DNA from: Deltaproteobacteria bacterium
Lineage (GTDB): Bacteria > Desulfobacterota > Desulfobacteria > Desulfobacterales > Magnetomoraceae
Direction: 5' to 3'
DNA: 19,865 nt
Assembly: GCA_002753725.1 (NCBI GenBank)
Contig: PEAL01000065.1
Coordinates: 1 to 19,865 of the forward strand
The notes under the pieces were generated by a model, which did not search any database, was not told the DNA's origin, and worked only from the letters and a program-made list of their open reading frames with translations. Position numbers and translations under genes: made by a program. Below are positions 7,801 to 13,039 of the stretch, piece after piece. Position 1 is the stretch's first letter; each line of letters opens with the position of its first letter.

Positions 7801-8693
7801 GGGTAGTGTGAATAAATGCCTTCTCCCCAGAAAATGTCAGCATGTTCTGTTTTATTCACCGCATTTTGTTTATTTCGAATATTGGTATACGCAATTGAAA
7901 TGGCATTGGAATCAGCATATTCAGACAAATAAATTTCATAGGGCATTTGTTCATTCCACAACGTTGCATGCGTCATAGTAAGAGAAGAATGATAAGCAAA
8001 AATGGCAGAGGAAACAGGGGCATCATTAACGGGGTGATTTTGGGTTAAAACCGTGCGAAATATATTTATCGTTGATTTTTGGGCGTAAATGGCTATTCCG
8101 GAAGTGGCTTTATTGTTCATCAATGTGACATTCGATAAGATCATATCTGAACCCTGACAATATATCCCTGCACCTGAACTGTTTGCTGTATTATGGACAA
8201 TGGCTGTTTGAGTGAGAGTCATGTTAGCGTACACGCAATATATACCACCGCCTTGTTCTGCGGTATTTTCTTTGATAATGACATTCACGAATTGAGGTGA
8301 TGCACCTCTGCAATAGACCCCTCCGCCGAGGTAAAAGGATTTTATGTCAGCTTTTCCATTGATGAGCGAAACATTACTGATGTGCGTTTTTTGATCCACA
8401 ATACCACCCAATGATTCATCAAAAAGCAACACACTTGAACGTTGGCAGCCATCAATGATTGTCTTGTTCTTGTCTTCACCAGACAGCTGAATGCCATTGA
8501 CTTTTGGCCATATAATATTTTCACGATAATTCCCATTTTTAATCAAAATGGTATCGTTGGATGTTGCAGAATTCAATGCTTGCTGGATGGTTTTAAAATC
8601 CGCTGGTACATGTAACATACGTGCATATGTGATTGAACATGCAAATAATAAAAAAAGAATACAAAATAAATATGGTTTAATGCTTGTTCTCAT
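1806..8693 (-). CDS. Giant (2295 aa) envelope or surface protein with four parts: lipoprotein-type signal, Pmp-like parallel beta-helix, 20 Ig-like tandem repeats, C-terminal OmpA-like peptidoglycan-binding domain
   Basis: - **Start:** chosen at M38 of the ORF-track frame (ATG 8693-8691), 11 nt after the upstream gene's stop. The resulting N-terminus is MRTSIKPYLFCILFLLFAC, with lipobox L-F-A-C.
- **aa ~62-335:** GGGVYC/GGGIYC/GAGIYC alternating with (I/V/L)xxNxA, the GGA(I/L/V)+FxxN pattern of polymorphic-outer-membrane-protein / PbH1 beta-helix repeats.
- **aa ~360-436:** an Ig-like module.
- **Repeat array:** 20 repeats (see the repeat feature).
- **C-terminus (nt ~1809-2126):** IEAHTDNSGDEDKNVELSQQRADYIRTYL...GYGETRPI...NRRAEAIIF, which matches the OmpA_C-like signature (TD..G....N..LS..RA..V..YL / G.G...P / NRR.E). 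Confidence 0.93.
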   Translation of the reverse strand: MRTSIKPYLFCILFLLFACSITYARMLHVPADFKTIQQALNSATSNDTILIKNGNYRENIIWPKVNGIQLSGEDKNKTIIDGCQRSSVLLFDESLGGIVDQKTHISNVSLINGKADIKSFYLGGGVYCRGASPQFVNVIIKENTAEQGGGIYCVYANMTLTQTAIVHNTANSSGAGIYCQGSDMILSNVTLMNNKATSGIAIYAQKSTINIFRTVLTQNHPVNDAPVSSAIFAYHSSLTMTHATLWNEQMPYEIYLSEYADSNAISIAYTNIRNKQNAVNKTEHADIFWGEGIYSHYPKPYNLSLEPEHDTGFFNTDRITRQSKNLHIQGFGDIDQTVVLLVDGNALSGATTVITADIFQFNIDLTEGTHELSAHYQTQSDENISISELLSITIDTIPPLINDIAHSITPVSIQKWMLSANDADPNVRFRYLVDQFADSHPKGAYTFTRMIQLDKNYYDDGIWYLHLQACDTAGNESNTVTVQTILDTTAPIIIGLSDSLTSTTVKRWTWSAKDDDTTILFRYLIDHHPDSKPEGPFNSTHSAIAKDIEGLCYLHVQATDRAGNLSNVVTVSVVLDNVPPRIVGIENDSVPKKQKIWAWKTHSNENATFRYTIDQKEQSLIETEFKKTTTATIKDVDGRWYLHVQAKDWAGNLSKVYHVYCLLDQLPPVIKGLSDDREVTPVRSKSFSWHAEDADPTVRFRILIDQFYDSKPLGIFSTIHSTPIYETDGLWYLHVQAQDTAGNLSSVVTVKALIDTTKPVVTGLSPVMHPVKKIKWNWQAKDADHQIVYRYLITQNENALPDGNYQYTNTASISSGDGRWYLHVQAIDRAGNESNVATVSELLDNTAPVISGLDDDPVPTQRKKWQWKGHDADPYLDYRYAISKTLEKQPFGSYTHETSVEISGENQMCYLFLQAKDRAGNLSEIIRVSAILDNTAPIIKGLSNDSIPKHQKKWTWYSEPLDETVSYQFSIDQNKDAPPSGQFKPEAKATIEEGDGIWYLHVMAKDQAGNLSEHITVSAIIDNTPPEIIGLTDNLYPVRNQSWTWATLDNDPDVLHRYIIDQRADASPTTSFTHVTSAHLSNAEGTWFIHVQALDRAGNTSEIVTVSSILDNTPPVIKGLSSVAYPVQSKQWAWQLIDQDSGVKSRYSFTQHSEAQFSTDFDTTTCFTGKNINGRWFLHVQSKDRAGNISTSQTVWANFDTIPPTIEGLSSDINPVSQKKWIWHGKDQDTELMYRYAINPFEQYTPSGPFSDITYAEISNNHGIFYLHVQARDRADNVSNVVTVSARLDTIAPEIVDINVDPIPTQQKKWSWRARDDDPHVMYRYVITQHPEIKPSGTFAYTNTVSFSDGEGVFYLSIQAKDTAGNLSPIKTVSAIIDRTAPSLSGLSDIHQPMKSHTWRWYGKDTDANIYYRYSIDQKQRSQPTGSFNSINQASLSHTEGLWFIHVQARDSANNISDVVTASIVIDTTLPVITGLNNVLIPAQTIHWQWQVEDNDSYTQYRYQVDQLANGIPTTSFTDHHSCELSNGEGTWYLHVQARDRAGNLSDIVTVSAIIDRSSPIITGITDYLTPVQKKVWSWDAANEVSCLYRYTIDQTSDSVPTGEYTNISQATLKQSNGKWYIHIQAKDQAGNISPVTTAVAILDNQSPKIFGLEDDKVPHQQKEWHWNSHDAHTDVRYRYVIDQNFESIPTGLFKNITKARIADKDGTWYLHVQAKDYAGNLSSVKTVSAILDNEPPILIQLASDTTPSTSKQWQWSAKDNDLFIQYRYIIDQNAYTVPKNQFSQITQARLENENGLFYLHVQAQDRAFNISNVLTVHCVLDNKPPVITHLSNDDTPVQSKQWQWRANDDDEQIAYRWLLDQRSDAEPTGSFTHTNETGLSNANGVWYFHIQGKDRAGNVSATKTVYAILDRIPPEIEGLADHLIPQKQIQWSWTARDADSNILYRYHIDQKPETSPSTVFSPVFQAHLSDVNGRWYIHVQAQDRAGNISAVKTVSAIIDNQKPMINGLQDDPVPLQRKTWSWNATDMDQQVTFRWVINSSEISVPSGPFKDHHTAEISEGDGKRYIHVQATDRAGNISEVYTVSALLDNTPPVFDTMINDIIPQKIKQWTWHAKDNDPIIHYRYVIDQKPTSIPSGDFQSITQTTLSQKDGRWFIHLQARDRAGNVTPVQSAFAQLTTSDTSLHYDLNVHFYASAIKPISHARINALGKLLNQYPDVYATIEAHTDNSGDEDKNVELSQQRADYIRTYLIKTFNISSQRLTSKGYGETRPITENVTPEGKLKNRRAEAIIFYKE
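2163..7496 (-). repeat. 20 tandem, diverged ~89-aa (~267-bp) coding repeats inside the giant gene
   Basis: Each unit carries W-x-W...D-x-D...(Y/F)-R-Y...D-Q...P-x-G...G-x-W-(Y/F)-(L/I)-H-(V/I)-Q-A-x-D-x-A-G-N-x-S...(L/I)-D-N-x-P-P-x-I-x-G-L. I counted 20 occurrences of the HVQA.D.AGN core (e.g. WYLHVQAKDWAGNLS, WFIHVQARDSANNIS). The D.AGN...V.V.D..PP.I ending resembles HYR/bacterial Ig-like beta-sandwich repeats, but I cannot assign the exact family by eye. The copies are diverged at the DNA level, so this is not a recent amplification. Confidence 0.9.
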
Positions 8694-8704
8694 GTTCTGT
8701 CCAT

Positions 8705-10858
8705 TTAATTGACGACAATCGAATAAAAATAATAAAAATAACCTGCTATCATAAAAAGAGATAAAAAAAGTCCTGTACATTTTACTCTTGGTATTGCCTG
8801 ACAAAAGCCTTTTCGATTCAAGCCGGCAATAATAAGTGTCAACACAAATGAAAGGCCTGTCATAAGGTAAAGAAGAATAAACCAGTGATCAAATGGGATA
8901 AGATAATCAACAGATATTTCAGACAGGAAGTAATATAAGAACGATACCACTCCCAGGCATGACAGATGGGCAAACATCGCAATCAGTGTATGGGAAGGAA
9001 TGATGAATAAAAGGCAGGATAAAAGACCCATAATAATGCATCCAGGAACAAAACATCGCAACCACTGATGAAAAGAATCTCGATGAATAAGGATTTGAAT
9101 TCTATAATCCGGGTTATGTTCTTGATTAAATTGCGAATAATCAACCTTAGGTTGCGTTGTCATGCCATAAGCATAGCAGCGATTCAGTTTCCAGTTGGAA
9201 AGGTTAAATCGATCATTGTCATTGAGACTGATTTCTTTGTTAATATATCTCATTTCATTACTTTTTAATGTATTATGATAAAAATGAATACCTAACTTTT
9301 GTTTATCAAAAGGGTATGTATGGTACAAAAAATTTATCTTAAAGGATCCCTTAATGCTGTATTTTTTATACAAGACACCATCAAGGGTTCCACTTTCAAC
9401 AGGATCGTCTAAAACAACAGGTGTTGTTGCATTTAAAAAGCAAATATCTGCGGGGTCGATTACCGGGGTGTCATACAAGAATGTCAGAAAAAAATGAGCC
9501 GTAAAGAACGATTCTTTTATATCCAGTTCAACGATTTCAGTTTTTACCTGAACAATCGATACGTGTTGAATATCTGATTCATAAGGATTTGTATGGTTTA
9601 ATTTAGATTTCATGTCCATCAGAAACTGTTGGTGAAAAGGAACAAGTACCCCTTTTTGATAGTGACCCAGACCTGTATTTTTTATTGCATTTCCATTATC
9701 ATCAAAAAAGATATCACCGCAGATTCCTTTAAAAGCATAATCAGGTTTCTTTATATCGGTAAGAAAATTTTTTATTTGACGTCTGTACTGGTAAGATCGT
9801 GCAGTGGGGTCAATTTCCATTTTTCTAAGAATATCTGCCATCAGAAGTGTGGCATCATAATAATTTGTTGCAATAGACGATGGAACGTTACGATATTTTT
9901 CATAATAGGCCTTAAAAAAGTCTACAGATTGAGAATTAAACAAATAATTCGCAAAGATATCATTTGCAGTTGTGAAAACACCATCTGAATAATAACCAGG
10001 AATTGATTTTTCCAGGGCAATTGTTCGTAATTCGTTTTGAAACGATTCATATGAAAATACATGACCATTGGTTATAAAAAAGTGAGGATCAAAAGCGTTT
10101 AATTTTTCAATAATCTGAACAGCCAGGCGATCAGATGTTGCAATAAAAACAGAGCTTTTTGCTTTAGATGTTTTAAACATTCTAACGATGGTTTGCAGTT
10201 GTGGATAAATATTTTTTTCTTCATCAATATCAATTGTATTTTCAATTTTAATGCCGTTATTTTTGAAAAAATTCATATATGTATTTTTGATATCACGACT
10301 ATAAATATCTTTAGATGCAATAATGGTTACAGGTGACCATTTACAATACTGCTTTGAAAACATAGCCAGAAATGTTGCCTGATGGAGAGAGGATGGTATG
10401 GATCGAAAATACCATTCATTGTTTAATGTAACATTCGTTGCTGGTGCTGAGGCGGTAATCGCGGGGATACCTTCTTTTAAATAAACCTGCCCGGCAGAAA
10501 AACTGGCAGCGCTGCTATAATGCCCAATAACAAAAAGCAGATGGTCATTTCTTGAGAATGAATTGGCAACTTTCATGGCAAGATTGGTTTTATTCATGTC
10601 ATCTTTATAGATATATTTCAATTTTTTACCATCAATACCGCCATTTGCATTGATTTTTTCTATACATAAATCAATACCCCGAAGCATTTCTTTGCCATAT
10701 TCTTCATCCGCCCCACTGAATGGGCCTGCAACACCAAACAGGCACACATCTTGATCACTGTGATAGATATCAAATACACTCAATAGTAGTAGTATACCGA
10801 TAAACAGTATCACAATTAAAATAATCAATAGGCCTTTATTTAAAATGAATTGTTTCAT
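8705..10858 (-). CDS. Type-I periplasmic binding protein (LivK/ANF-receptor-like) fused to a pentameric ligand-gated ion channel (Cys-loop superfamily) module: paralogue A, 717 aa
   Basis: - **N-terminus:** signal anchor LLIILIVILFIGILLLLSVF.
- **aa ~38-410, PBP-I motifs:** FGVAGPFSGADEEYGKEMLRGIDLCIEKINANGGIDGKKL, FVIGHYSSAAS, IPAITASAPATNVT, EWYFRSIP.
- **aa ~432-592, pLGIC extracellular-domain pattern:** IVQVKTEIVELDIKESFFTAHFFLTFLYD, CFLNA, and the signature loop YPFDKQKL (nt 9293-9316).
- **Transmembrane part:** IHRDSFHQWLRCFVPGCII (pre-M1 Arg plus M1 Pro) and four TM helices with a very short M3-M4 loop, including an IPFDHWF M3 start. Confidence 0.85.
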   Translation of the reverse strand: MKQFILNKGLLIILIVILFIGILLLLSVFDIYHSDQDVCLFGVAGPFSGADEEYGKEMLRGIDLCIEKINANGGIDGKKLKYIYKDDMNKTNLAMKVANSFSRNDHLLFVIGHYSSAASFSAGQVYLKEGIPAITASAPATNVTLNNEWYFRSIPSSLHQATFLAMFSKQYCKWSPVTIIASKDIYSRDIKNTYMNFFKNNGIKIENTIDIDEEKNIYPQLQTIVRMFKTSKAKSSVFIATSDRLAVQIIEKLNAFDPHFFITNGHVFSYESFQNELRTIALEKSIPGYYSDGVFTTANDIFANYLFNSQSVDFFKAYYEKYRNVPSSIATNYYDATLLMADILRKMEIDPTARSYQYRRQIKNFLTDIKKPDYAFKGICGDIFFDDNGNAIKNTGLGHYQKGVLVPFHQQFLMDMKSKLNHTNPYESDIQHVSIVQVKTEIVELDIKESFFTAHFFLTFLYDTPVIDPADICFLNATTPVVLDDPVESGTLDGVLYKKYSIKGSFKINFLYHTYPFDKQKLGIHFYHNTLKSNEMRYINKEISLNDNDRFNLSNWKLNRCYAYGMTTQPKVDYSQFNQEHNPDYRIQILIHRDSFHQWLRCFVPGCIIMGLLSCLLFIIPSHTLIAMFAHLSCLGVVSFLYYFLSEISVDYLIPFDHWFILLYLMTGLSFVLTLIIAGLNRKGFCQAIPRVKCTGLFLSLFMIAGYFYYFYSIVVN

Positions 10859-10889
10859 AAGTTGCTATAAATTATATAAATTATTATTC

Positions 10890-13037
10890 TTAAAGCGGAA
10901 AACAACAGTTGACCACATAAAAAGATATCATCATTATCGTAATCAAACATGCTGCCTTTCCCAAAAATTGAACGAACGCCATTGATTGCTTATAATGATG
11001 GATCGATAAGCCTATCAGTCCCATTTGAAACATGATTGTCAACCCAATAAAACCATACAAACACATAAACAGCATTTCAGAGAATGTCAGAAATGGTATG
11101 TGTAATTTGAAATATAAATGGCATACAGTAGTGATCATCAGGAATATGATATTGATCACCAATGAAATTTTTATTCGATGCACAGGACAAAAATAACTGA
11201 TCGATGTCAGTAGAAAAAGAATAAGACAGGCAATAAAAATAAGCTTTTCCTGCTGATTCAGGCGCCTTTGAATATGAATATCAACAGCGAATTCAGATGC
11301 GTTATTCTTAATATCTCCTGACAATGGGCTTTTTATTAAATAAGGCATCGCGTCCACAGATAGCCATGTTTCAGAATTCAATTTAAAACTTATTTTATTT
11401 AGCTGATCAATAGCAAATATAAACGTGTTTGTGTTTACGCTTGTATCCCGAAAACTTATGGTCAGTTTTTGGCTGTCTATGGGATATCGTTTAAGGTCAA
11501 AGTGATGATAAAATACACTATCCACGGTGTATAACAGATGTGTGGTACCTTGTTTATTCATAGTTTTTTTAGGATTTTTCAATACAAGCGGAGAAACAGC
11601 GTTGGTAAATTGAATCCATTCAGGTTGAAAATGCTTTTGAAAACTAAACCAGAGATTAAACCGGGCATGAAATGTACCATCTATCGTATTGATTTGATTT
11701 AATTGAATATCATCTATCCTTACATACACTAATTGTTTTTTGATAAAATAATCATCATTGTTTGCCATAACGTCATTATCTAATGCTTTTTGAATCAAAT
11801 CATTGGAAATATCATTGAGTGAAACAGCGATGTATTGATGAAAGGCGGGAATATAATGGCCCTTGTATAATTGAGTGACAATCATTGACTTTTTCGTTTC
11901 GCCAACACCATTAAAAAATATTTTTCCGGTTAAGCCCTCCACACAGTGATTCCTATCATAGAATGTTTCAAGTGCATTTTTGAATTTTTTTCTGATGTCC
12001 CGGATAGCCCCCTGTATCTCAATTTTTCTTAATGCTTCAATGCTAACATGTGCCAGATCATAAGATGTCGTACTGATTAATGAAGGCGGTACTCCATAAA
12101 AGGTATAATAATTCTTTTCAAAAATTCTATTGATTTGTTTTGAAAAATACTGAGAAAACAACGATACAGAGTAGATACCATTTGAATAAAAACCGGGTGA
12201 GGATTGTTCTTTGGGATACGCTTTGAATCCATCGATAAAAATTTGAGATGCCAAGGAATCTGCGCCCATAATGATTTGATTCAGTTGCTTCTTTTTCAAA
12301 CCAACCACCAATTTTACAGACGTATCAGCGTGGGTTGCCAAAAAAAACATATCAGGTTTTAACGCATGCGTATCAATGGCCTGTACAATAGTATCAACCT
12401 GATCATCCATACTCGTTGAACTCGAATCCAATGGATATTGTTCAACAATCTCAATTCCTTTTTCCAGTGCTTGTTCTGTAAATACTGCTGCTAAATTTTT
12501 ACCATATGCCCCTGTATCATAAACAATCGTTGCGGTTTTAAGATTCAATGCTGATTGTGCGTAAGCAGCAAGAAAATCACTTTGACAGGAATTTGGTGGG
12601 ACAATTCTGAACAACCATTCATTCATAATCGGCAAGTCATCAGATGTTGCTGAACCGGTTATTGATGGAATCATGTTGTTTTCATAAATAGAGGCAGCCG
12701 CAGTGCAGCAGGAACTGAAATAATGTCCCAGAACAAAAAGAATGTCCTTGTTTCGAACAATTTGTTTTGCTGCACCGACAGCGCCTTCTTCGGTGCCTTT
12801 ATCGTCAAAAACAAGCAGCTTGATCTGGCTGCCATGAAGTCCTCCTGAGGCGTTTATTTGATCAATATAGAATTGTACCCCTTTAACCATTTCATTTCCA
12901 TAAAAAGACTGGGAACCACTGAATGTACTCGCAACCGCAATATAAAGCGTTTTCTTGCCATAATACAAATGAATCGTATAAAATATGGAAATCAACATGC
13001 TTATCAGTAAAATTATAATAATATATTTTTTCATCAT
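10890..13037 (-). CDS. Type-I periplasmic binding protein fused to a pLGIC (Cys-loop superfamily) module: paralogue B, 715 aa
   Basis: - **Start:** chosen at M20 of the ORF-track frame (ATG 13037-13035), 2 nt after the upstream TAA (13042-13040). This gives MMKKYIIIILLISMLISIFY.
- **PBP-I motifs:** YIAVASTFSGSQSFYGNEMVKGVQFYIDQINASGGLHGSQIKL, FVLGHYFSSCC, IPSITGSATSDDL, EWLFRIVP.
- **pLGIC part:** LVYVRIDDIQLNQINTIDGTFHARFNLWFSF, QFTNA, HHFDLKRYPIDSQKLTISF (YPIDSQKL at nt 11463-11486), IHIQRR, then four TM helices.
- It is collinear with paralogue A throughout. Confidence 0.85.
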   Translation of the reverse strand: MMKKYIIIILLISMLISIFYTIHLYYGKKTLYIAVASTFSGSQSFYGNEMVKGVQFYIDQINASGGLHGSQIKLLVFDDKGTEEGAVGAAKQIVRNKDILFVLGHYFSSCCTAAASIYENNMIPSITGSATSDDLPIMNEWLFRIVPPNSCQSDFLAAYAQSALNLKTATIVYDTGAYGKNLAAVFTEQALEKGIEIVEQYPLDSSSTSMDDQVDTIVQAIDTHALKPDMFFLATHADTSVKLVVGLKKKQLNQIIMGADSLASQIFIDGFKAYPKEQSSPGFYSNGIYSVSLFSQYFSKQINRIFEKNYYTFYGVPPSLISTTSYDLAHVSIEALRKIEIQGAIRDIRKKFKNALETFYDRNHCVEGLTGKIFFNGVGETKKSMIVTQLYKGHYIPAFHQYIAVSLNDISNDLIQKALDNDVMANNDDYFIKKQLVYVRIDDIQLNQINTIDGTFHARFNLWFSFQKHFQPEWIQFTNAVSPLVLKNPKKTMNKQGTTHLLYTVDSVFYHHFDLKRYPIDSQKLTISFRDTSVNTNTFIFAIDQLNKISFKLNSETWLSVDAMPYLIKSPLSGDIKNNASEFAVDIHIQRRLNQQEKLIFIACLILFLLTSISYFCPVHRIKISLVINIIFLMITTVCHLYFKLHIPFLTFSEMLFMCLYGFIGLTIMFQMGLIGLSIHHYKQSMAFVQFLGKAACLITIMMISFYVVNCCFPL

Positions 13038-13039
13038 AT

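Noticed and set aside
2181-7978. About 20 ORFs of 61-135 aa on both strands inside the giant gene (e.g. 2181..2435 +, 3642..3938 +, 5571..5867 +, 6656..7063 -, 5468..5809 -)
   Set aside because: All are nested in the 6.9-kb coding frame. Their low-complexity, Cys/Trp/Arg-rich translations recur with the repeat period, as expected for shadow frames of a repetitive gene, and they have no independent start context.
8694-8804. N-terminal 37 codons of the 2332-aa ORF-track frame for the giant gene
   Set aside because: They overlap the 3' end of the upstream pLGIC-fusion gene by 100 nt. The internal ATG at 8693 immediately yields a canonical signal peptide with a lipobox.
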